IMG/VR virus record: IMGVR_UViG_3300049009_000559
Span: 1 to 38,092 of that record
Origin: a virus
Lineage: Duplodnaviria > Caudoviricetes
Reading direction: 5' to 3' (one strand)
DNA: 38,092 nt
Numbering within the stretch: the stretch's first letter is position 1; each line of letters opens with the position of its first letter. Below are positions 1-7,116 of this stretch, piece by piece. Both the position numbers and the translations under genes were made by a program. Under the pieces are notes generated by a model. It saw only the letters and a list, made by a program, of their open reading frames with translations, did not search any database and had not been told where the DNA came from.

Positions 1-127
1 CATCTTCTGAGAGAAAGCGCCCGGTATCGGTGTCTCTCGGATAGCCCTTCTTATCCCGGTAGCAGGGGGGCCATTCGGGGGCATCCTCGAAATTCCCGTC
101 ACCGAATCCGGTTTTCCAGTCGTCGTA
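1..127 (+). repeat. Exact 127-bp direct repeat, copy 1 (copy 2 at 36802-36928)
   Basis: catcttctgagagaaag...ccagtcgtcgta is identical in both places and diverges at 128 (t) vs 36929 (g). Confidence 0.97.
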
Positions 128-136
128 TGAGGTCAT
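1..136 (-). CDS. 5' part (MTSYDDWKTGFGDGNF...) of the early hypothetical gene that is complete at 36572-36934; truncated by the window edge
   Basis: ATG at 136-134 overlaps the TGA of 133..372 (ATGA); translation matches the 36572..36934 product after the first residues. Confidence 0.8.
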   Translation of the reverse strand, partial: MTSYDDWKTGFGDGNFEDAPEWPPCYRDKKGYPRDTDTGRFLSED

Positions 137-372
137 TTTGCCTCCGAGGGGAACCAGGAAATATCCGCTTGAGCTGACAGGGCGGCGCATTCAAGGGCCG
201 CATCACCCTCAATGGCATGGCTCAGGGCGTTCTCAAGGGTTGTCCCGCAGGACTTGTACCCTTCACGGTGGGGGACTTCCACGGCCCACGAATACTGACG
301 GCGGGTGATGGTGGAGCCGGAGGGCAGTTGACTCAAAAGGGCGGTGAGTTTATCGTTGGTCATGTCGGTCAT
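133..372 (-). CDS. Hypothetical early phage protein (allele A slot)
   Basis: 79-aa ORF, AAGGAG RBS upstream, ATGA-coupled to the next gene. Confidence 0.75.
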   Translation of the reverse strand: MTDMTNDKLTALLSQLPSGSTITRRQYSWAVEVPHREGYKSCGTTLENALSHAIEGDAALECAALSAQADISWFPSEAK

Positions 373-437
373 TCTCCTTAACGTGGTGTGACTGGCTTAG
401 GGGTTCAGACGTTTGCCCGTCTGGCCCCTTTCATTTT

Positions 438-590
438 TCAGGTGGTCTTTTCGTAGAACGGCTTTTCGGCATTCGCCAGAATCGTGTCGATGTCGAAGTC
501 CTTGGCCCGAAGGCGGCGGGGCTTGATGTTCATGAACACGGCTCCAATAGCGAACCCCACGACGAGGGTGGTCAGGGCGAGGGCGATCAT
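438..590 (-). CDS. Small membrane protein (MIALALTTLVVGFAIG...)
   Basis: ATGA-coupled start, N-terminal hydrophobic helix, frame conserved in the second copy (37364..37525). Confidence 0.7.
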   Translation of the reverse strand: MIALALTTLVVGFAIGAVFMNIKPRRLRAKDFDIDTILANAEKPFYEKTT

Positions 591-736
591 TTGAACCACC
601 GCAGGGCGTTCTTGGTGGCACGGGCGAAGCGTCCCGCTTCCCAAATGGCACGGCCATTCTCACGCTTCACAGCCTCGGTCAGGGTCTGGCGTTCGGGCAC
701 ATCGTTCCAAGTGGAACCGAAAAGGCGGTAGATCAT
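587..736 (-). CDS. Small hypothetical protein, 49 aa (MIYRLFGSTWNDVPERQTLTEAVKRE...)
   Basis: Below the ORF-track cutoff; ATGA overlaps at both ends; conserved in the second copy (37522..37671). Confidence 0.7.
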   Translation of the reverse strand: MIYRLFGSTWNDVPERQTLTEAVKRENGRAIWEAGRFARATKNALRWFK

Positions 737-915
737 GCTGCCACCGCCTTCTTCTGGCGCAGCTCACGCTCAAAGGCGTCAAGGGCCGCAGAAAGCACAT
801 CCGGGTTCGTCCGAAAGTCTTTTTTGACCTTTATCAGATTCACCCGCTTGAGATCCTTTTTGCGGATGTCAGCCTTGGTGATGCCATTAGGGGCAGTTTG
901 ATTTTTGTCGGCCAT
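733..915 (-). CDS. Cro-position small DNA-binding protein, possibly ribbon-helix-helix
   Basis: First gene divergent from the repressor; AAGGGAG RBS before the ATG at 915; basic 60-aa product. Confidence 0.55.
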   Translation of the reverse strand: MADKNQTAPNGITKADIRKKDLKRVNLIKVKKDFRTNPDVLSAALDAFERELRQKKAVAA

Positions 916-948
916 GTTGTTATCTCCCTTGCCTTGCGATATATCGGA

Positions 949-1022
949 TTCGATAGATTCGCCCGGTTCGATAGACATAATCTATCCGAGTCGGCAGATT
1001 CGGTCAACAGAAATCTATCGAA
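949..1022. promoter_or_regulatory. Immunity switch region: operator-like repeats plus leftward sigma70-like promoter
   Basis: TTCGATAGA(T/C) at 949 and 967; inverted ATCTATC at 980 and 1013; minus-strand TTGACC (1007-1002), 17 bp, TAGATT (984-979). Confidence 0.7.
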
Positions 1023-1052
1023 AAGTGAAAATATTTTTGCGGGAGGCCTAGT

Positions 1053-1535
1053 TTGGCCAAAGACAAAGACTTACGAACTTGGCGGATGCTGTCAGGGTAC
1101 ACGCAAAGCGCCCTTGGTGTCATTTTGTCACGCGATCACAAGTCGATTTCGGCTTGGGAGACGGGCAGAAACCAGATTCCCAGCGATGCGGCAAATGCCT
1201 TACGCAAAATGGGCTACACCGGCCCGATCAATTCAGACAAAGACAAGCCCGTTCGTAAAAGCGGCAGTCATTTAGCCCCTGTAAACATTGGGGATTCTTC
1301 GCGTGGTGATTATCTCAGCTCGGAAGATGTCTCTGATGCGTGGGCCATAGTTCACGAAGCCTGCATCGCGGCCGGCGCCCGCCCCGACCTCATGTCCTCT
1401 AAAGGTCTAGGGAGACTACTGGCAATTGTCGCAGAGAAAATATCACGGGGCGATGGAGAGGCGGCGCGGGCTGCTTTACTTGAAGAAGCGAAAGACCTGG
1501 TTTCGTCAATGACGGTGCAGGGAACGGCGCAGTAA
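1053..1535 (+). CDS. CI-like XRE helix-turn-helix repressor
   Basis: LRTWRMLSGYTQSALG...SISAWETGRNQIP is an HTH_3-type pattern; divergent from the lytic operon; TTG start. Confidence 0.85.
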   Translation: MAKDKDLRTWRMLSGYTQSALGVILSRDHKSISAWETGRNQIPSDAANALRKMGYTGPINSDKDKPVRKSGSHLAPVNIGDSSRGDYLSSEDVSDAWAIVHEACIAAGARPDLMSSKGLGRLLAIVAEKISRGDGEAARAALLEEAKDLVSSMTVQGTAQ

Positions 1536-1774
1536 TAGATTCAATATCGGCGGCGCATTTAATCGCACTTGCCGCCAGTTCCCTGAACACTTCCATCAGC
1601 TCTTGCATTTTCAACTCCTTGGAGCTTGTGAAAAGCTCTGAGCGGCAAATTATACGCAGTTACAGTTTGATGCAAGTGACATTGAATAAAAATTTACATG
1701 GCCCTAATTTCACCCTTTTATGCATCGTTAACCCGAAGTTTGACGGAAGCGTGACAGTAGGGCAGTTTATGCTT

Positions 1775-2386
1775 ATGAAACATCTACTGACACTCCTGAC
1801 AATCGCGACGTTTTTCACGGGCTGCTTGACGGAGCCTGCCACCGAAACCACCAAATCGCGGGGTAAGGTCACCCTGATTGACTCCGTGTCAGGTACGATA
1901 TCAGACTCAGTTATCTCTTTTGATGGGATTGGTGCTTCACTGCGCCTTGAGCCGTCTATCGACTCCTTTGGAGCGGAAGGAGTTTATTCTATTGGCATCG
2001 GTCATTTGGCGTTTCTGAGCTACACGCGACCGGGGTACTACAAGGCGGCAAACGCTTTGTACATCAAGGCTCAGAGCATGGATTCTGTTTCGCTTGACAA
2101 GGCGCAGCGTGATCTGAGAGAGAAATACATCTTTGAGGTGTTCGCGCCGAATTCCATCTGCACCCTAGCACTTAGCGCCAACGCTCTGATTGAGTCGGGT
2201 GGAGCTACAAGAAAATTCCCGCTTACGGTTTCAGGGGTTCAGATTGTCACCGACAGCCTTTCGATTACCACGTTATACTTTTCGATCGACTATGCTGCTT
2301 CTCTACCTTCCGATTATTCATCCATCGAGTTCAATGGGAAGCGGTTTGAAGGCGTGGTTTCATTTAACTGCCCTGACCCTCGGTAG
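1775..2386 (+). CDS. Lipoprotein, possible superinfection exclusion or lysogenic conversion factor
   Basis: MKHLLTLLTIATFFTG-C signal peptide and lipobox; AT-rich upstream region; same strand as the repressor. Confidence 0.7.
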   Translation: MKHLLTLLTIATFFTGCLTEPATETTKSRGKVTLIDSVSGTISDSVISFDGIGASLRLEPSIDSFGAEGVYSIGIGHLAFLSYTRPGYYKAANALYIKAQSMDSVSLDKAQRDLREKYIFEVFAPNSICTLALSANALIESGGATRKFPLTVSGVQIVTDSLSITTLYFSIDYAASLPSDYSSIEFNGKRFEGVVSFNCPDPR

Positions 2387-2404
2387 AATTTTTAAATTTA
2401 GGGC

Positions 2405-2656
2405 ATGAGCCCGACCACCCGACTCCTTGGAATTTCGGGAAACAGCCTTCTCTCCCTTTGCGGGATTCCATTGCTCATTTCCACAATGACCGGGGGGAGC
2501 CACACGAGCTACTGGTTCATCGCGGCATGGGGCTTGGGTGAGATATTCGCCTTTACCTTCGGGCTCCGAACTGGGGTGAGCCGGATCATCCTTGGGAACT
2601 ACATCGTCTCAATGCTTCTGATCGTTGCGATTACCGTCGCACAGTTAGCGCAGTAA
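2405..2656 (+). CDS. PQ-loop/SemiSWEET-like 3-TM membrane protein
   Basis: 83 aa, three hydrophobic segments, CGIPL...SYWFIAAWGLGEIF...NY pattern resembling PQ-loop proteins (PL in place of PQ). Confidence 0.6.
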   Translation: MSPTTRLLGISGNSLLSLCGIPLLISTMTGGSHTSYWFIAAWGLGEIFAFTFGLRTGVSRIILGNYIVSMLLIVAITVAQLAQ

Positions 2657-3065
2657 CCCCCATCCCACAGGCTGAATTGTAGCGGCTGGCGATCTTGACA
2701 GCACGCCTGGCATCAGCGCCCATTGCCAGCGCCCCAAGAGCGGGCCCTTTTCCAGATCCCCACGCCATGAATCTATCGGGAACGGGCATTTTCTGGGGTC
2801 CGCCGTCGAACTCGAACACCTGCCCCCCGGCCTGGAATACGATCAGGGTCGCGGAGTCGGCTTTTGAGGCTTTGGGGTATGCCCGAACGTGCCCCCCCGA
2901 TTTGAACCACGCGACAAGCTCGAGGCCGTGGCGCATATCGCCAACAAATGCCACGATTTCCCCGCCACGCAGACGGAAGATTTTACGGCACAGGTGGGGG
3001 ATGTCTCCCTCTGTGACCTGTCGATCAGCTGCTACGGTGCGGCCATCCCATGCGATAACTGACAT
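2631..3065 (-). CDS. Ntn-hydrolase, HslV/proteasome-beta-like protein
   Basis: M-SVIAWDG..VAADRQVT N-terminus, KIF, AWGSG..ALGAL, AV.IA motifs. Confidence 0.8.
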   Translation of the reverse strand: MSVIAWDGRTVAADRQVTEGDIPHLCRKIFRLRGGEIVAFVGDMRHGLELVAWFKSGGHVRAYPKASKADSATLIVFQAGGQVFEFDGGPQKMPVPDRFMAWGSGKGPALGALAMGADARRAVKIASRYNSACGMGVTALTVRR

Positions 3066-3068
3066 GGT

Positions 3069-4247
3069 CTACTCAGTAAACAAGGGGCAGGAAAGGGTGT
3101 AGCGTTTGCGCTTCTTGTCAATTAGGAAGAAAGCCTGCTGCGGAGGCTCAAAGCCTGCTTTGATGGAGATGGCATACTGGTTGAAGCCGATAGTCGAGCC
3201 ATTGGAAACGAAGTTCTTGGCGAACGTGAGCTGATGCCAATGGCCAAACACATCGAGGTCAGCTTTTACGGCCTGATTCCATTGCGCGATAGACTTGTTA
3301 ACCGGGATGGTAATACCACCAATTCCGCCCCCATACTGCATGAAATCCCCATGATGGAAGCGGACGATGTACCCGTACACATCGAGGTAATTGTGGTATG
3401 CCTCGGTGATGCGGAACTCGACGCGCTTATTGGATCGGTAATACTTTTGCAGGGTCATGTACAGCAGGTACTCGAAAGAGTTTTCCGCGTAGCTCTGCAC
3501 CCGGCGCTTCTCTGTGGTACGGCCGTGGTTACCGGGGGTACACACGACGATGATATTGCACTTGGTGTTCTGCACCAAAAGGTCTATGCAGTTTTCCAGA
3601 ATGTCCTGCGCCAAAAGGATTGCCTTGACGGGGGCCATATAGTTCGTCTCGACGAGGTCGTCATGGATATAGCCGGTGATGATGTCACCCAGTACCGCTA
3701 GAACGATCGTATTGATCTCGATCTCGCGCTGCTGTTGCTTCACCATGATAATGGCGTTTTGCATCACGCGCTCGATGCGCGCTTGGGCGATCTCGGGGTT
3801 GTACTCGTTCAGGCCGTTTACCTTATCCAGATCGACCCGTTCCTCGATGTGGGTGTCGGACAGGACGATGACCGCGGTGGCCTCGTTGCCTTCGGAGACG
3901 GTTCTCACCTTAAACGGCCGACTGTCTCGGGGAGAATTACGCAGGGCTTCAAGGATTTCCCCCCGCTTACGGGCCTGCTCCACCTGTTCTTCAAGGGCAG
4001 CAATTAACTTGTCTTTGGATTTGTCCGTGTCCCTGAGCTTGGCGATCTGCCGCTCCTTATCGCGAAGAACAAGGGGCTCAACTTCGGTCTGGACTACCGG
4101 GACAACCGGAGTGGCCGGGGAATCGTCAAACGGAACGGACGAGCATTTCCGACAGTCGTTGCAAAAAAGTCGTTGCATCCACACCCCCGCGACGATGGCT
4201 TTGCCCCGCCGTTGGAGTTTTACGGAGCCGCAGTTTTTACACTTCAT
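3069..4247 (-). CDS. Calcineurin-like metallophosphoesterase with N-terminal Zn ribbon and coiled coil
   Basis: SDTH, LGDI, PGNHG, HHGD and GHWH motifs; CKNC...CNDC at the N-terminus; GAGGTG RBS before the ATG at 4247. Confidence 0.85.
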   Translation of the reverse strand: MKCKNCGSVKLQRRGKAIVAGVWMQRLFCNDCRKCSSVPFDDSPATPVVPVVQTEVEPLVLRDKERQIAKLRDTDKSKDKLIAALEEQVEQARKRGEILEALRNSPRDSRPFKVRTVSEGNEATAVIVLSDTHIEERVDLDKVNGLNEYNPEIAQARIERVMQNAIIMVKQQQREIEINTIVLAVLGDIITGYIHDDLVETNYMAPVKAILLAQDILENCIDLLVQNTKCNIIVVCTPGNHGRTTEKRRVQSYAENSFEYLLYMTLQKYYRSNKRVEFRITEAYHNYLDVYGYIVRFHHGDFMQYGGGIGGITIPVNKSIAQWNQAVKADLDVFGHWHQLTFAKNFVSNGSTIGFNQYAISIKAGFEPPQQAFFLIDKKRKRYTLSCPLFTE

Positions 4248-4271
4248 GGACACCTCGATTTGTGGACAACT

Positions 4272-4356
4272 AAAAAGTGACCCCGCGCTCCACCCGCCCC
4301 GCGCAAGAGTCGATCAGCCGGGGCCACGGGTAGGAGTCCACCCTGGATGGCGGCTG
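4272..4356 (-). terminator. Two tandem hairpins followed by a U-tract (terminator or attenuator candidate)
   Basis: Minus strand: cagccg..gggtgg-actc-ctaccc..cggctg, then gactcttgcgc..gcgcggggtc, then acTTTTT. Confidence 0.5.
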
Positions 4357-4360
4357 TTCG

Positions 4361-5113
4361 TTAAGGCTTGATCGTCAGAACCTTTTTCCCGATCTTGAGA
4401 GTGACACCGGAATAGCCTCTGGACAGAACCCGCATTTTTAGGGGGAAGAGTCTCCAAAGCAGCTTGACCCGCTTATTCGGCCATCCCGTGTACCAGTTCC
4501 AGTCGGGCTTATCTTGCACGACACGCCCGAAGGTGTTTTCGACGTGCAGGTTGAAGCGGAATTTTCTGACCCTAGCGTCGTGATGCACGAGCAGGAACCG
4601 GCCGGGGCTACGCCAGACAGTGAAGGTGGGGCAGGTGGCGAAGGTTTCGTCTGCCGGCCGGACACGGTCGTTTTCTCTGGTGTCGGTGGTCGGGACTTCT
4701 CCGCCCGCCAAAGCCATTGAAGCTGCTAGTTCGTCCTGCGCGATAAAGGTCAGGTTCCACGCCTCGGAAACACCCCCACACGCCATCCAGTACTCGTAGG
4801 CCTGCCGGATGTAGTTGAGGTATGACCATCCCTCTAGGTATGGCAGGGCGGGGGAGCAGAGCTTGCTCATCGCTTCCCGGGCCAGATATTCGTGATGCCA
4901 GTACCCCGAAGAATCCCCCGCCTCGTGGTACAAGGCGGAAAGGGTCAGGTGGTGCCGGATGTAGATGTTCCCCTTGGGGAGCAGCCATAGGGCGGGGAAG
5001 TACCGATGTAGGCGGTGAATAGCCCGGGCAGCGTCCTTTCCCTTGGGGTTAGCCTTGTGGATAGTTTCGTGAGCCACACAGATGGCGGTGGGAGAGAAGT
5101 AGCGGAGATTCAT
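4361..5113 (-). CDS. Hypothetical protein, weak heparinase II/III-like resemblance
   Basis: 250 aa, His/Tyr/Trp-rich, EGWSYLNY motif; coupled to the lysis genes. Confidence 0.55.
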   Translation of the reverse strand: MNLRYFSPTAICVAHETIHKANPKGKDAARAIHRLHRYFPALWLLPKGNIYIRHHLTLSALYHEAGDSSGYWHHEYLAREAMSKLCSPALPYLEGWSYLNYIRQAYEYWMACGGVSEAWNLTFIAQDELAASMALAGGEVPTTDTRENDRVRPADETFATCPTFTVWRSPGRFLLVHHDARVRKFRFNLHVENTFGRVVQDKPDWNWYTGWPNKRVKLLWRLFPLKMRVLSRGYSGVTLKIGKKVLTIKP

Positions 5114-5700
5114 AGGGAATTAACTCCAACGACCATTAGCAGGGCCACAAGAGCCCCGCCAGCCGCATAGAACCATCTTGCATGCCGAAGGTGTTGCACC
5201 TCACCCGCGAAGGCCTTGGCGCCCTTGTTCTGCGCCTGAGCGTCCTGCCTTGCGACAGCCTCGGCGGAGTCGGCATAGCTCAGCGCGTTCTCGCACCCAT
5301 TCAGGGCCACAGAGTCACGCAGGGCGGCAGAGTCGGCCAGTTCCAGTTCGATCTTTGATGCCACGAGGTCGGCAAATTCGGACAAGGGTAGGCACCGTAG
5401 GGAATCCCGCTTGGTGACATGGAGCCCGAGGATTTTGGCGGTGGAATCGGGCGCCTTGAGAATATCCCGGCGCATTGATTCCCGCAGGCCACGCAGCGAG
5501 TCCGCGGTACTGCTTGCGGATAGGTACACCTCATGCCATTCGTCGCGCTCGTGCCGGTACTTGAGCCCATCTTCCACAGCCTTCTCGTGGGAGGCTTTCA
5601 GCGCTTGGTACGCCTTCTCCGTCACCTTTCCGTTAGGAAGGGTTAGGTAGAGGCAGAGAGCCCCGAGAAGGAAGGCAAGGAGGTAGGACACGGCCTTCAC
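5110..5700 (-). CDS. Spanin-like (Rz-position) membrane protein
   Basis: N-terminal TM, coiled-coil body, second TM at the C-terminus; directly after holin and endolysin. Confidence 0.55.
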   Translation of the reverse strand: MKAVSYLLAFLLGALCLYLTLPNGKVTEKAYQALKASHEKAVEDGLKYRHERDEWHEVYLSASSTADSLRGLRESMRRDILKAPDSTAKILGLHVTKRDSLRCLPLSEFADLVASKIELELADSAALRDSVALNGCENALSYADSAEAVARQDAQAQNKGAKAFAGEVQHLRHARWFYAAGGALVALLMVVGVNSL

Positions 5701-5966
5701 GTCTCACCTTCGGGGGGTTTCCCCTTGATGTCGGTCACGGCCTTATTGATGGCCAGAATGCCGAGGGCGGCAGTCGTGAACAGGGCGAAGGACTCAAACA
5801 GCGATTGGAACGCCGCATTTTGACCCCGGCGGATCAGCATCACCGATGCCCCGGCGAAAACCGCCTGCAGCACGGAAGCAGAGACGAGCCCCACCACCCG
5901 CTGACTAGATGGCTTGCCATTCGGCCCGAGGGACACTTCCCGCATCCAGGTCAGAAAGCGGGTCAT
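5697..5966 (-). CDS. Holin-like 2-TM protein
   Basis: KPSSQRVVG followed by two TM helices and a charged C-terminus; adjacent to the endolysin. Confidence 0.65.
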   Translation of the reverse strand: MTRFLTWMREVSLGPNGKPSSQRVVGLVSASVLQAVFAGASVMLIRRGQNAAFQSLFESFALFTTAALGILAINKAVTDIKGKPPEGET

Positions 5967-6391
5967 GGCTTCACTACCAGAATCCCGGGGGAGTCATGCT
6001 CGAAGCAGTCCGCATGGGTCCACGATTTCGCAATCGCGGGATCTTCCAGACGGCGGATGTGGGGAAACTTTGAGGGATTGGCCATGATGAACTTGAAAAC
6101 CTCGTCCGAGTGGATTCCGGCGACGTTGAAATCCACCCCGGCCCCGACAAAATGGGCACCGTTGGGCGCACCCTGGTCACAGTCGCGGGTACGGAGGCCG
6201 CGCCATTGGAACGATCCCCCGGATTTCCAGTTGTTCACGGTGATGGCTTTCCCGGCGAATCCTTCGGAGAGTTCGTCTAGAATGGCTATCAGCTCGGGAC
6301 GGAAGGACTGAATGGCCCTTTCCCCAAGGCGCTCGAATGTGGCCTTGTCGACCAGTTCGTGGGTGGCGAATTTCTTCGGTCGCTTGAGCAT
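5963..6391 (-). CDS. Endolysin, peptidase M15-like Zn peptidase
   Basis: RGLR...AHFVGAGVDF...WTHAD matches the H-x6-D...H Zn ligand pattern. Confidence 0.8.
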   Translation of the reverse strand: MLKRPKKFATHELVDKATFERLGERAIQSFRPELIAILDELSEGFAGKAITVNNWKSGGSFQWRGLRTRDCDQGAPNGAHFVGAGVDFNVAGIHSDEVFKFIMANPSKFPHIRRLEDPAIAKSWTHADCFEHDSPGILVVKP

Positions 6392-6634
6392 TTATTGGCC
6401 TCCGAGGGCGCGGGTTATGGCTTCAATGGTGAACTTGGCGACAACAGCGTTGACGATGGCAAAGAACACGGCGCCGAGACCGAGCCATTTGGCGATTTCG
6501 ATCCGAACCTTGGTGATCTGTTCGCTGCGGGTCTTGTCGTTCGTCCAGAGATCATCGAGTTCTCGGCGGTGGCCGTCGATCTGAACCTCATGCGCGGCAA
6601 GTTTAGCGTGGATTTCGTGTCCGTCCTGTGCCAT
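6392..6634 (-). CDS. XhlA-like/holin-associated coiled-coil + TM protein
   Basis: ATG at 6634 overlaps the upstream TAA; coiled coil followed by one C-terminal TM helix. Confidence 0.6.
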   Translation of the reverse strand: MAQDGHEIHAKLAAHEVQIDGHRRELDDLWTNDKTRSEQITKVRIEIAKWLGLGAVFFAIVNAVVAKFTIEAITRALGGQ

Positions 6635-7116
6635 TATTCCGCCTCCTTGAAGCTGAAATAAAACGAGACCCGACGCGATCCGATCCCGCGAACCTCGTGT
6701 TGGTACAGGTAACGGGCATCCCCGGAAAAGGTCAGCAGGGACCGAGCCGGGACGATGATCGACAGCTTTGTAGCACCACGGGAAAAGACCCATTCCGATT
6801 CTGATAGCAGGGAGAGGGTGGCTCCGATGATATTGAACTTCTCGGTCACATCGGAGTGGTTCACCATGCCCTGTCCGGCCTTGTATTCGCTTACGATCAG
6901 GCGGTAGGGCTCACCGTAGCCGGTGCGCTCGGAGAAGGGGATCGTGTAGTCTGGAAGTCCCGTAGATCCCTGCTTGTACTCGGGGGAGTAGAATATCTGC
7001 TCCTGCTTATCGCCATGGGGGCGGTTTTTCCATGCGCCTGAATCGGCAGCTTCAAGGAGCAACTTTTCTTCATCGGGCGTGATGAAGTCGGAGATGATGG
7101 TGAGGCCGGGGATCAT
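6634..7116 (-). CDS. AlkB-family 2OG-Fe(II) dioxygenase
   Basis: PGLTIISDFITPDEE N-terminus; EY.AGQGM..HSD (HxD); RSLL...GDARY.YQH; RRVSF. Confidence 0.85.
   Translation of the reverse strand: MIPGLTIISDFITPDEEKLLLEAADSGAWKNRPHGDKQEQIFYSPEYKQGSTGLPDYTIPFSERTGYGEPYRLIVSEYKAGQGMVNHSDVTEKFNIIGATLSLLSESEWVFSRGATKLSIIVPARSLLTFSGDARYLYQHEVRGIGSRRVSFYFSFKEAE

Larger units (their letters stand above)
396..737 (+). repeat. Diverged ~345-bp direct repeat, copy 1 (copy 2 at 37322-37672)
   Basis: Near-identical sequence with scattered substitutions and a 9-bp in-frame indel. Confidence 0.95.

Noticed and set aside
1-127. Biological direct terminal repeat of the virion DNA
   Set aside because: The second copy is internal, the repeat falls mid-gene far from the terminase region, and its length equals a common assembly k-mer
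396-737. Diversity-generating retroelement TR/VR pair with 37322-37672
   Set aside because: No reverse transcriptase in the window; differences include an indel and are not confined to adenines
1619-1774. Upstream extension of the lipoprotein ORF from TTG 1619
   Set aside because: AT-rich, promoter-like sequence; the signal peptide and lipobox only make sense from ATG 1769/1775
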